A DNA stretch of 64,000 bases from Spirochaetia bacterium. GTDB taxonomy: Bacteria > Spirochaetota > Spirochaetia > DSM-2461. The DNA is taken from assembly GCA_963668315.1 (NCBI GenBank), contig OY764216.1, positions 800,001-864,000 on the forward strand, written 5' to 3'. Position numbers and translations under genes: made by a program. This document shows positions 29,170-38,740 of the stretch, in pieces (within the stretch, counting starts at the first letter, position 1; each line of letters starts with the position of its first letter). The notes beneath the pieces were generated by a model. That model had not been told where the DNA came from, did not search any database, and saw only the letters and a list, made by a program, of their open reading frames with translations.

Positions 29170-30240
29170 TCAATCGGTAAATGTATTTACCATATGGGAT
29201 TCCTCCAGTATCGCAAGGGGGAATTTAATATTGAGCTTTTTGGCAAGTCCCATATTCAGATAGTAGATGCCCCTGATATTCTCCTGAACGGGGATCTCCG
29301 ATGGTTTTTTCCCCTCCGCAATATCCAGCGCCGCCCCGGCGGCCCACTCGCCCTGTTCCTCCGAAGAGTTGGCTATGGTGATAAGGACATCCTCCGCCAT
29401 CCAGTAATCCCATGAGCCGGTGGGAATTGCCGTGTTGTCTACCATAAACCGGTGGAGAGCCTCTTCGTCGCCGTCCCAATCGGCCATCGCCGAAGGATAG
29501 GTCGTTATTAGAATATCCGTGTCGTTCTGAAGACGGAGGAATTCCCTTTTCCACTCCTCGTAGGTCGAGACTAGTACGGCATTTACATCGTAGGAGAGGG
29601 CGTTCTGCAGGTAGGCCGCTTCTTTCCGGCTGGTGTGGGCATCCCCCCTGAGAAAGGTAATTCTGTCTCCGCCGGCGTAGGGAAGGAGCTCCCTGATGAT
29701 GGTGGATATCTGGCTTACCTCGATCATGCCGGTGATATTGGCTGCGGGAAATCCATACTCTTCGGCGCTCCAGTTGATGCCGCAGAAAACAAAGGGAAGG
29801 GAGCTGTCTTTAAAATAGGGGACGATGAGGTATTTTGAGGCATTATCATCGCTGGCAATGACAACATCGGGCTGCCACTCTTCAATGAGCCGTTTTGCCT
29901 TCTGCACGGCCGCTTCGATATGCTCGGGGGACTGGTTTTTCTGCGTGTCCATATTGAATATATTCAGGATGACAGGACTTTCGTCGGCGGTTAGTTCGCC
30001 CGAGGGCTGCCAGGGAAGGGAATAGGATGACAAAAGCCCTTCCATGATTCCCCGCGTCCAGGGAAAATCGGGATCATAGGAATTGATAAGGAGAATACGC
30101 GGTTTGGAGGTTTTCTGGTCAGAACCGCCGGTCAGTTCTGTTTCCGGTGAGACCGGGATTTTCCTTTCCTCTCGATGACAGTTCACCGCCGTCAGGGCGA
30201 TCAGAGCCATGAGCAGAAAAAGGGGCCGTGCTTTCTTCAT
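29170..30240 (-). CDS. Lipoprotein, single ABC substrate-binding-like domain, paralog of neighbour
   Basis: TAVNC lipobox; PDVVIASDDNASKYLI and LPFVFCGINW shared with first domain of 27181-29127. Confidence 0.75.
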   Translation of the reverse strand: MKKARPLFLLMALIALTAVNCHREERKIPVSPETELTGGSDQKTSKPRILLINSYDPDFPWTRGIMEGLLSSYSLPWQPSGELTADESPVILNIFNMDTQKNQSPEHIEAAVQKAKRLIEEWQPDVVIASDDNASKYLIVPYFKDSSLPFVFCGINWSAEEYGFPAANITGMIEVSQISTIIRELLPYAGGDRITFLRGDAHTSRKEAAYLQNALSYDVNAVLVSTYEEWKREFLRLQNDTDILITTYPSAMADWDGDEEALHRFMVDNTAIPTGSWDYWMAEDVLITIANSSEEQGEWAAGAALDIAEGKKPSEIPVQENIRGIYYLNMGLAKKLNIKFPLAILEESHMVNTFTD

Positions 30241-30288
30241 CTTCGTTCCCTGCCTATAAGAGTACAGGCATTTCTTAATTATATCAAA

Positions 30289-32136
30289 TTAATTAAGGGA
30301 AAACACGAAAAGAGACTCCCCTTTGCGGGGAAGTTCTCCCTTGCAGGTTAAGACGCTTCTCCAGAGGCCCTCCCGTTTCCAGGCCCGGAGTTTTTCATTG
30401 TCTACGGGAAAAGGAAGGTATTCCCTTGTAAAGTCCAGCTCCCTGTCTGAGCGGATCATGACTTTTTCACCTGCCGGATTGACGATATGGAGCTGGCTGT
30501 CGATGAAGGAGGGCTTATCGAGGGAAAGGAAATGCCAGACCATATCAGCCGGTTCCTCCCGGAGCTCCCAGCTGTCTTTCATCCGTATCTCACTCTCGGC
30601 AAAGCGGAAAGACCTGACGAGGGAAAGGATTTTCCCTTCCGGCGGATAGGCTCCTCCTATTTCCATTTCCCCCTCTTCGGGGCGGTCGAAGGCAAAGCGT
30701 GTGCATCGGTACCCTTTTCCCGGGGCCTGGTCTTTTCCGTTTACCGAGGGAAGATTGTGCCACCCGGACTGCATGGTCCAGATGGTGTATCTCATCTCAT
30801 TGAAGGTCTCCCGGGTGTAGTCTCCCACGCCGGGATCGATAAGGAGGGGAGCTTTCCTCCCGTAAAGAATAAACTGGCCGATATCATTATGGTTATGGCT
30901 TTCATCGTTATGGCCGCCCTTGCAGGCAAAGGTGTAGGGGCTCCTTCGGATTATCCCTGTCTGGGAGAGGGGAAATACTTCCCGGAGAGGTCTTTCGGGC
31001 TCGGTATGGGCCTCTCCCTTCCACCTTACCGCCAGATCTCTGATACCCCTCTGGGAGGAAAAGGCCGCCTCGTATTCTGTCCTGTCATTCCGCGCTTCTT
31101 CGCGGAGTATCCCGGAAAGGGCGATTAATCTGCTATTGTTGAGAGCTCTTCCCATCCGGCGGATCAGGTCTCCGGGCAGGTGGGGGAGCCGGCCGGGGCA
31201 GTCGGCGAAATTCACGAAATAATCCCCGCAGATGTGCAGGCTGGCAATGTAGCCGGCGGCCTTGGCGAGAAAGGGGTCGCTGAGCAGTTCCGTCTCTTTT
31301 CCGCAGGCCCAGTGGAGAATCTCCAGGCAGTCGAAGAGGGAGCCTATGGCGTGGTCCCAGTATCCGGGGCCTTCGTCGCAGCCCCCGTCTTCGGGGAGAA
31401 CATCCAGGTAGTGGGTCAGGATCTCCGAGGCGCGGCGGACTCCCTGTGCCAGGACGGCTTTATCCGTCTCCAGAAGAAAAAGGGTGTGAAGGAAGTTATC
31501 CGTAATCCAGGGGGTCCAGTTGTTAAGCGGCCCGTGGCCCGGGGCGGGGAGGTATCCCATCCACCAGTGGCTGTCGTTGTTCATATAGGGAGTGAGGCAG
31601 CGGCGGCGGCACTCCGCCGCCACCCGGGAGACCAGCCTCTCCGCGTCACGGGTAAGCGGTTCTCTGAGAAGATGGATGGTCAGGGCCAGAAGGGAGGAAC
31701 TGCTCCCGGCGAAGAGGTCCACCCGGGTCGGTTCCGCCGGGGGATAGGGATCGGCCGGCGGGGCGTTATGAGCGGGCAGAACCCAGCTCCATTCCCCGCA
31801 CAGACTGTCCAGATCGTCTATGATGCGGTCAAGCAGATCGTCCGAAGGTTCGACGCAATAGGCCTTGGTCAGGCGGAAAAGGTGGAGGCGGCGGGAAAAA
31901 TATATTTTCTCAAAGTTCACCCTGTTTCCGTTGAGGTGATACTCCCGGTAGTGGGTGGCCTTGAGTACGGGCAGTTCCTCACCGGCCGCTTCTCTGCCTT
32001 CCCTCAGGATCAGCTCCCGCCGGTCCGCTTCTATACCGTTCCAGAACTCCCGGTCGGTACAGGGCGGAAGATAACTTTCCCCGGGGAAGGGGAGTTTCAG
32101 GTTTTCTGAGAGGGGCGGGAGCTTATCGCGGAGCAT
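30289..32136 (-). CDS. Heparinase II/III-like family protein (oligosaccharide lyase-like)
   Basis: NNWTPW, DGGCDEGPGYW, NFAD, KGGHNDESHNHNDIG.F, HNLP. Confidence 0.8.
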   Translation of the reverse strand: MLRDKLPPLSENLKLPFPGESYLPPCTDREFWNGIEADRRELILREGREAAGEELPVLKATHYREYHLNGNRVNFEKIYFSRRLHLFRLTKAYCVEPSDDLLDRIIDDLDSLCGEWSWVLPAHNAPPADPYPPAEPTRVDLFAGSSSSLLALTIHLLREPLTRDAERLVSRVAAECRRRCLTPYMNNDSHWWMGYLPAPGHGPLNNWTPWITDNFLHTLFLLETDKAVLAQGVRRASEILTHYLDVLPEDGGCDEGPGYWDHAIGSLFDCLEILHWACGKETELLSDPFLAKAAGYIASLHICGDYFVNFADCPGRLPHLPGDLIRRMGRALNNSRLIALSGILREEARNDRTEYEAAFSSQRGIRDLAVRWKGEAHTEPERPLREVFPLSQTGIIRRSPYTFACKGGHNDESHNHNDIGQFILYGRKAPLLIDPGVGDYTRETFNEMRYTIWTMQSGWHNLPSVNGKDQAPGKGYRCTRFAFDRPEEGEMEIGGAYPPEGKILSLVRSFRFAESEIRMKDSWELREEPADMVWHFLSLDKPSFIDSQLHIVNPAGEKVMIRSDRELDFTREYLPFPVDNEKLRAWKREGLWRSVLTCKGELPRKGESLFVFSLN

Positions 32137-32139
32137 GGC

Positions 32140-32958
32140 TTAACCCTTGATGCCGCTTGAGGCAATTCCCTGGATGAAATATCCCTGGAGACAGATAAAA
32201 AGAATCATCACGGGGATAATGGAGATCATGGCGGCGGCCATCTGCGGTCCGTAGTAGACCAGATATTCGGTCACGAAGTCGGTCATACCCAGGGGGAGGG
32301 TTTTCAGTTCCGGACTGGTCAGGTAAATCAGGGCCGAGAAGAATTCGTTCCAGAACCAGCGGAAGGAAAAGATCAGAACCGTGGCGAGAACGGTTTTGGC
32401 CAGGGGCATGACGATTTTGAAGTAGATCATCCACTCTCCGGCCCCGTCTATGCGGGCCGATTCCAGAAGGGAGTCGGGAATGGTCATGAAGAACTGCTTG
32501 ATCAGAAATGTTCCGAACACCGTGAAGGATGCCACGAGAATAAGGGCCAGATGGGTATCGTAGAGACCGATGGAACGGATGATCATGAACTGGGGAATGA
32601 TAATGACCTGGATGGGAATCATCATGGACATGAGATAGAGGATGAAGATGAAATCCCGTCCCTTCCATTTGAGCTTGGAGAAAGCATAGGCTCCGGTGGA
32701 TGCCGTCCCCAGCTGGATGACCGTACAGAAAAAGGTAACCTTGATGGAGTTCCAGATATAGAGGGGGAACATATTCAGCTGCTTGAAATTGAAGAGGCCC
32801 GAATTGGCGGTGAACAGCGCCACGGGGTGATCGAAAATATCCACTTCGTTTTTGAAGGCGGCGGTGAATATGATATAGATGGGTATGATTACGGCAAGGG
32901 ATGTAAAGAGAATGATGATCCCCGACAGGATGCTGCTGATTTTGATCTTAGATGTCAT
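32140..32958 (-). CDS. Carbohydrate ABC transporter permease (MalG-like)
   Basis: ESARIDGA EAA loop, WNEF, TLPLG. Confidence 0.9.
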   Translation of the reverse strand: MTSKIKISSILSGIIILFTSLAVIIPIYIIFTAAFKNEVDIFDHPVALFTANSGLFNFKQLNMFPLYIWNSIKVTFFCTVIQLGTASTGAYAFSKLKWKGRDFIFILYLMSMMIPIQVIIIPQFMIIRSIGLYDTHLALILVASFTVFGTFLIKQFFMTIPDSLLESARIDGAGEWMIYFKIVMPLAKTVLATVLIFSFRWFWNEFFSALIYLTSPELKTLPLGMTDFVTEYLVYYGPQMAAAMISIIPVMILFICLQGYFIQGIASSGIKG

Positions 32959-33847
32959 AGGTCACCCACTTTTTTTGGTTCTGGAACTGCACCAGTGTTA
33001 CGATGAGAATGATGAGAAGCAGAATAAGCGACTCGGCCGAAGCGTAGCCGAAGCGGAAATTCCGGAAGGAATTCTGGTAAATATCGTATACGACTACGTT
33101 GGTGCTTCCCGCCGGTCCGCCTCCGTCCGTCCCGCCGGTCATCATGAATATCTGGTCGAAGACCTTGAAGCTGTTGATGATGCACATGGTCATGGCAAAG
33201 AACATGGTGGGGCTGAGCATGGGCAGGGTGACGCGGAAAAATTTCTGCACGTCGTTGGCTCCGTCGATGTCGGCCGCTTCGTAAAGGGAAGGATTTATTC
33301 CCTGGAGTCCTCCCAGGAAAATTACCATATAGTATCCGAAGGACATCCACAGGACCACCATGATGATGGACAGGAGAGCCGTATCGGGACTTGTCAGCCA
33401 GGGGGAAGGCGGCAGTTTAAGCATGGCGAGAATCTGATTGGCCACGCCTTTGGTCGGATGGAAAATCAGGGAAAAGGCCAGGGAGATACCTACCGAAGAG
33501 AGGACGTTGGGCATGAAGAAGAGGCTTCTGAAAAATGTCTGGCCCAGGAAGTTTCTGTTCAGTATGAGCGCGAAAAGCAGGCCCATGATGATTTGAAGGG
33601 AGACGCCCATGATGACGAACTTGAAGGTTACGACCATGGACTGGAGGAAGTGCTTGTCCTTCGCGATGAGAAGGTAGTTCTGCAAACCCACGAATTTCCA
33701 GTTCGGCCCTCCCGAATAGTTGGTGAAAGACACGAACAGCGTGGAAAGCATGGGAACGAATACGAAGAGAATAAACCCGATAAAGCCCGGCAGCAGAAAA
33801 CTGAGAACCGTGGGCCAGGAGGTCTTCTCCAGAGATTTTATTTTCAT
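32948..33847 (-). CDS. Carbohydrate ABC transporter permease (MalF-like)
   Basis: FVGLQNY, LYEAADIDGA, FGYASA. Confidence 0.9.
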   Translation of the reverse strand: MKIKSLEKTSWPTVLSFLLPGFIGFILFVFVPMLSTLFVSFTNYSGGPNWKFVGLQNYLLIAKDKHFLQSMVVTFKFVIMGVSLQIIMGLLFALILNRNFLGQTFFRSLFFMPNVLSSVGISLAFSLIFHPTKGVANQILAMLKLPPSPWLTSPDTALLSIIMVVLWMSFGYYMVIFLGGLQGINPSLYEAADIDGANDVQKFFRVTLPMLSPTMFFAMTMCIINSFKVFDQIFMMTGGTDGGGPAGSTNVVVYDIYQNSFRNFRFGYASAESLILLLIILIVTLVQFQNQKKWVTYDI

Positions 33848-33865
33848 GTTTGATGGCTCCGGAAA

Positions 33866-33887
33866 GGGGGAGAATCGCTTCTCCCCC
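33866..33887 (-). terminator. Stem-loop after binding-protein gene (attenuator/mRNA stabiliser)
   Basis: GGGGGAGAA-TCGC-TTCTCCCCC. Confidence 0.6.
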
Positions 33888-33894
33888 GTGGTAT

Positions 33895-35190
33895 TTAGTT
33901 TGTGGTATCTACGATAGTCTGCATTTCTTCTTTGAACGCGGGTATCAGCTCGTCATCGCCGATTTCGCCGATGAGGTATTTTTCCACGTACTGGCTGATG
34001 ATCTGCTCGACCTTGCTGCCGTACTTGGTATAGAAGAAGGGCCTGACGGGAACGTCTTCGGTAAAGTACTCCAGAGATGTCTTGTCGGGGATGTTGGAAG
34101 CCAGAACTTCCATGACCTTGTCGTCAACCATGGGGGGCAGGAATCCCATATCCGCTTCCACCAGGGCTCCCTCGGGGCTGGCCATCCAGGCGAGGACTTC
34201 AAAGGCGGCATCTTTTTTCTTGGATTTGGCGTGTACGTGGCCGAAGGTGGCCGCGCCTACGGAGTAGTAGTCGGGGGAATCGCTGGGCATGCGGGTAATG
34301 CGGAAGTCGTCCAGGGTATAATCATTGATGAGGCCCTTGTTGAATCCGTTTCTTACCGTGCCGGGGAACCATTCGCCGATGATCAGCATGGGAGCCATTC
34401 CCGTGTAAAAAACCTGGGAATAGTGGGTCTTGGTCACTTTGAGGTCGACCAGTCTGGGCATATCCAGGCCGTCTTCCAGGGTTTTTCTGATCTTGAAGGA
34501 CTTCACGAGAGACTCATCCACATCGACGGTTCCGTCGGGATTGATGAAATTCATGCCCTCCTGGGCGGCGGGGTAGACGTTGCAGCTTCCCCAGGTGTAG
34601 AGGCAGGAACCGTAGGTTTTTTCGTCGTTTTCGGAGAGCTGCTGGGAGAGCTCCACGAATTTGTCCCAGGTCCAGTCTCCCTGCTCCACCAGCTCGGTGG
34701 GAGTGGGAAGTCCTTTCTCTTCGAAGGGCTTTACATTGTAGTAGGTGTAGTATTTTCCCGCCCGGTGGGGAAGGGCCACGATATCGTCTCCGATCGTAAT
34801 GGAGGCATCCCAGGCTTTGATCTGATTGTAATCGTATCCGTGGGAGGCAATGAGGTCATTCAGAGGTTCGATGTACCCATTGTAATACTGGGGAAACATA
34901 TCCGTCTGGGACTTCTGCATATAAGCATCGATGGTCACGCCTCCGGCGAGCAGCGTCGTCAGCTTTGAACCGTAATCGGCGGGTACAATGTACTTCGGGT
35001 TTATCTTAACGTCCTTGTCCTGCTGGTTGTAGACATCAAAGAATTCGGAATACTCGTCATTTCCATCGGACCAGACATAGAAATCAACCGTTTCTGCGCC
35101 CCCTGCGGCTGTAGAGCCGTCCGCCTTGCCGTTGGCTGTTAAAGCCATGCACGCGGATAAGATGATAAACAGGGCTACCCATTTTTTCAT
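33895..35190 (-). CDS. Sugar ABC transporter substrate-binding protein
   Basis: MKKW...ANG signal, YYN..F, WTWD, AAFE.L.W; SD AAGGAG before ATG 35190. Confidence 0.85.
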   Translation of the reverse strand: MKKWVALFIILSACMALTANGKADGSTAAGGAETVDFYVWSDGNDEYSEFFDVYNQQDKDVKINPKYIVPADYGSKLTTLLAGGVTIDAYMQKSQTDMFPQYYNGYIEPLNDLIASHGYDYNQIKAWDASITIGDDIVALPHRAGKYYTYYNVKPFEEKGLPTPTELVEQGDWTWDKFVELSQQLSENDEKTYGSCLYTWGSCNVYPAAQEGMNFINPDGTVDVDESLVKSFKIRKTLEDGLDMPRLVDLKVTKTHYSQVFYTGMAPMLIIGEWFPGTVRNGFNKGLINDYTLDDFRITRMPSDSPDYYSVGAATFGHVHAKSKKKDAAFEVLAWMASPEGALVEADMGFLPPMVDDKVMEVLASNIPDKTSLEYFTEDVPVRPFFYTKYGSKVEQIISQYVEKYLIGEIGDDELIPAFKEEMQTIVDTTN

Positions 35191-35331
35191 AAAAATCTCC
35201 TTTTGGTGGGATATGATCACACCGTGCTTGAAAGTTGGTTTCATTATTTGATCAGCCCGGGTATCTGTCTATTCACCATTTTAACAATAACTCGTCAATG
35301 GAATCATTTTGACTTGTTAGTTTACTTAAAA

Positions 35332-37617
35332 TTAAGCAGATTGATTATTTCGCCGGTATTGGGCCGGGGTCAGACCGGTCCCTTTTTTAAAGGATGTGAA
35401 GAAGGAGTTATAGTTGATGAATCCGGCTTTCTCGTAAAGCTCTTTGATGGGTTCCTGGGTTTCCCGGAGAAGACGGCACGCTTCTTCCTGGCGAAGCTGG
35501 ATGATCCTTTCCGACAGGGAGCCGTGGGTGTGGTCCCGGTAGATTTTTCTCAGGTAGTTGGGAGACAGACCTGTCTCGAGGGCCAGGGTCTGAACGCAGA
35601 AGGAGGGATCGGTGAAGTTTTTGCTTAATGCCTTCTCAATCATCCGGTAGTGGGCCAGGGTCTTTCTGTTGGCGCTGTTCTTCTCCTTGAGGATTTCCGA
35701 GATAATCGTTGTGAAAAAGAGGGAGAAGCTATCCAGGGTTTCCAGGGTCTGAGGGTTGTTTCTCACATGGATAAGGCGGGGAATGAGGGGAGAGTCCTTC
35801 CAGTCCTTCACGATGAGTAGGAAACGGTAGGAAAAGAGATTGATGAACTGCCGGTAGTTGCGGTAAGTCCCCTTTTTCAAAAATATGATGATCTGATCGA
35901 ACTTATGGAAGCACTGCTCCCTGTCCGACAGGAGGAGGGCGGAGAAAAAGCAGTCCATATAACGGGGGGGCAGGATGGGAAGGGACGCCGTTCCTACTTC
36001 GGCCCGGTGGATTTTTCCAAAGCCCGTCAGGAATTTTTCTCCCGCCTTTTCCACGGCGTCCTCATAAAGCAGATGAAGTTCGTTGGGGCTGTTCATCTGG
36101 CGGGAGGAGCATCCCAGGCTCAGGGAGATGGGCATCTCCTGAAGGAGTTTTCCATGGAGGCGGGCGATGCGTTCGAAGGAATCCTCCTTCCGGGGTATGA
36201 GGCAGACGAGATTGCGGCTGGTCATGTCTATAAGCATCTCATCCTCTTCCTCGAGGGATTCACGGATTGTCTCGATCAGTTTTTTTCTTATCTGGCGGAA
36301 ACGGAGAGGATCCATGGCGCTGCATCTTTCATAAAAATCGTCAATCTGAAACAGGTAAAGCTCCAGGAATCCGCTCAAAAGAAGCTGATCCTTCGGCTGG
36401 AGTTCGTCCATCCAGAAATGATAGTGGTTTCCATCCAGAAGGGAGTGGTAGATTTCCACCCGGTAGTCTTCGTTGAGGTTCTGGAGAGAATCTTCCAGAA
36501 AATCCTTTTCCGAGAGGATATGGAGGTAGTGTTCCTGAATCAGGGCAATCTCATTCTTTTGGGAGATAAAGCATGATTTGTCCCTGCGGCTGCCGGAGGA
36601 GACGAAATCAAGGAGTTTATTGATGGGTCTGTAGATAAACCGGGCGCTGAAGTAGGAGAAGAGGAAAGCCGCCAGCATGAAGAGGGACATCACGGTCATG
36701 ACGGTTTTTGTCACCTGCGAGATATCCCTGTTGATGTTTTCCAGAGGCATGATCCCGATGAAATACCATCCCAGCCGGAAATTGTACTGGAAAGAGATCA
36801 GTTTTCCGTTCTCGAAGATGACTCCCTGCTCCTTATCGAGGGCCCGGATCTCCTCGTAAATTCTTTCCCTTTCGTCCGGAAGGGTTTCGCCGCAATGGGT
36901 AATATACTCTCCGTTCTGGTTGTAGATGAATATTTCGTCCTTTGAGTCGGAAAGCTCGGCTGAGAGAAGGGACGTGACTTCGTCCAGATCCATATTGACA
37001 ATGATCGCCCCCTTGAGATGGGCTTTCTGGGTGGGGGTTGTTCCCATAAGGAGGGTCAGGGTCCGTTTCTGTATATGAATGGTCGACTGGTAGGGGGAGA
37101 GGGGAAAACAGGCTGTGCGGGGCCAGTAGTAATCGACAAAATCGCGGTTGAAATTCGTCAGGATATCCAGGACCTCTTTGTCGTAGAAATCATCCGCATC
37201 TTCCAGGCCGGAGGTGGTGGTGAGAAAGAAATTCATCTGTCCGTTGTAGAGGTAGATGGAGTGGATGAGGGGATAAGAGAGGAGCATGTCGTCCAGTGAA
37301 TCCATCCCCAGCATGATCTCATATCTGGTCAGATGATCGGAAAACATCAGATTGCTGTAGAAAAACGTGTACATGCTGGCTTCTTTTATCCCGGGGATGA
37401 GCTGGGCGTGAATGCTGTCAAAGAGAATGCTCAGCTGGGTGATATTCCTCTGGTGCTTTTCGGCGAAAGCGTCGGTCATGACATGGGTGGTCTCGTTGTT
37501 GTAATAAGCCGTGGACAGTATGATCAGTGTCGAGCTGAAAAACAGAAAGAGAATAAGGATGGAGAAGAAATATCTTTTTGTTGCCTTGGGCGATTTGACT
37601 GACGCGGTTTGCCTCAT
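35332..37617 (-). CDS. Membrane-bound AraC-family regulator with Cache-like periplasmic domain
   Basis: 2 TM segments; C-terminal LA...GLS.NYL and GF.NY..F...FKK.TG.TP..YR; ATG 37617 lies 6 bp after TGgTATACT. Confidence 0.85.
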   Translation of the reverse strand: MRQTASVKSPKATKRYFFSILILFLFFSSTLIILSTAYYNNETTHVMTDAFAEKHQRNITQLSILFDSIHAQLIPGIKEASMYTFFYSNLMFSDHLTRYEIMLGMDSLDDMLLSYPLIHSIYLYNGQMNFFLTTTSGLEDADDFYDKEVLDILTNFNRDFVDYYWPRTACFPLSPYQSTIHIQKRTLTLLMGTTPTQKAHLKGAIIVNMDLDEVTSLLSAELSDSKDEIFIYNQNGEYITHCGETLPDERERIYEEIRALDKEQGVIFENGKLISFQYNFRLGWYFIGIMPLENINRDISQVTKTVMTVMSLFMLAAFLFSYFSARFIYRPINKLLDFVSSGSRRDKSCFISQKNEIALIQEHYLHILSEKDFLEDSLQNLNEDYRVEIYHSLLDGNHYHFWMDELQPKDQLLLSGFLELYLFQIDDFYERCSAMDPLRFRQIRKKLIETIRESLEEEDEMLIDMTSRNLVCLIPRKEDSFERIARLHGKLLQEMPISLSLGCSSRQMNSPNELHLLYEDAVEKAGEKFLTGFGKIHRAEVGTASLPILPPRYMDCFFSALLLSDREQCFHKFDQIIIFLKKGTYRNYRQFINLFSYRFLLIVKDWKDSPLIPRLIHVRNNPQTLETLDSFSLFFTTIISEILKEKNSANRKTLAHYRMIEKALSKNFTDPSFCVQTLALETGLSPNYLRKIYRDHTHGSLSERIIQLRQEEACRLLRETQEPIKELYEKAGFINYNSFFTSFKKGTGLTPAQYRRNNQSA

Positions 37618-37682
37618 GGGCAAAGTATACCATCTAACGCGGCAATTGCCTAAGAAAAAAAGGAATGAATTCGGAGCCGCTT

Positions 37683-37717
37683 AGCAGAGGGTCCCGGGAA
37701 CCTCTGCTTCTTTTTTT
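37683..37717. terminator. Intrinsic terminator-like hairpin
   Basis: AGCAGAGG...CCTCTGCT followed by a T-run on the + strand. Confidence 0.5.
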
Positions 37718-37728
37718 ATGACAGGAGT

Positions 37729-38097
37729 CTACCGGTTCAGGGAAAGAGCAACAGCCCCCGATGCGACGGGATCGTTTCCCACCGTGACAACGGCGGCATC
37801 CGTCTGGGAGACATCGGCCCACTGGAGATCCTTGGAACCGTCGGCAAAGGTAACGGCGACGGTATAGATCGACTTGCTGGATACGTCGTATACCTGCGTC
37901 TGTAGCGGGGAATGGGGAACAGTATCGAGCTTCTTTACTTCCTTTCCAAGAAGGATTTCAACCAGGGCGATCTCCTTACCCGATTTGTTTTCCACGGTGA
38001 TGTGCGAATTGGATTTGAAAACCCCCTCGAACATATTGCATCCGCTGAATATGACAGCGAGAGAAAATAACAGGACGTGTCCGGCTTTAATTGTCAT
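37729..38097 (-). CDS. Small hypothetical lipoprotein
   Basis: IFSGC lipobox, beta-rich mature region, SD GAGG. Confidence 0.7.
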   Translation of the reverse strand: MTIKAGHVLLFSLAVIFSGCNMFEGVFKSNSHITVENKSGKEIALVEILLGKEVKKLDTVPHSPLQTQVYDVSSKSIYTVAVTFADGSKDLQWADVSQTDAAVVTVGNDPVASGAVALSLNR

Positions 38098-38265
38098 GGC
38101 AATAACCTCTATATAATAGGAACGGCAATAGTGTTCCTCTGTTTTTTTTCTAATATACTTCTCAATTTGTAAAAATCAGGGAAAATTTGAAGATTTTGTG
38201 TGCAATGTTAAAAAAATGTAAATATTGGCTCTTTTCCGATTGTTGAAACAGAGGATTATGCTAAC

Positions 38266-38730
38266 ATGGGAGGGATGAAATATTTACTGAGGATTCTTTA
38301 TTTCGGCGCCAAGGTGTATTGGCGCCTTTTCAGACCAAAAACTCTCGGCAGCCGTACGATGATGATACGGGAAGGGCATATCCTTCTGGTCAAGCACAGC
38401 TACCAGAATTACTGGTTCTTCCCCGGCGGGGGAGTAAAATGGGGGGAAACCTACGAGGAAGCCGCCCTGAGGGAAATGAAGGAAGAAGCGGGCGCCGAGG
38501 GCGGCAATCTGAGTTTCCTGGGGGTCTATAACAGCTACACCCAGGGAAAAAGCGATTCGGTGGCTCTCTTCCTCTGCGAGGATTTTACCTATACCGGCCG
38601 GAGCGACGGCGAAATTGAAGAGGTGAGGCTGTTCCCCCTGGATCAGCCCCCGGAAAATCTGTCTCCCGGATGCGCCCGAAGACTGAAAGAGTACAGGGCG
38701 GGAAAACTGGCTGATAGCGGCAGGTGGTGA
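38266..38730 (+). CDS. NUDIX hydrolase (start may be 38275)
   Basis: PGGGVKWGETYEEAALREMKEEAG Nudix box. Confidence 0.9.
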   Translation: MGGMKYLLRILYFGAKVYWRLFRPKTLGSRTMMIREGHILLVKHSYQNYWFFPGGGVKWGETYEEAALREMKEEAGAEGGNLSFLGVYNSYTQGKSDSVALFLCEDFTYTGRSDGEIEEVRLFPLDQPPENLSPGCARRLKEYRAGKLADSGRW

Positions 38731-38740
38731 TCCCCGCTGA

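Noticed and set aside
32879..34968. Long + strand ORFs (324 and 372 aa), and similar ones at 31180, 40935, 41917, 48697
   Set aside because: Antisense shadows of well-supported genes with strong codon bias
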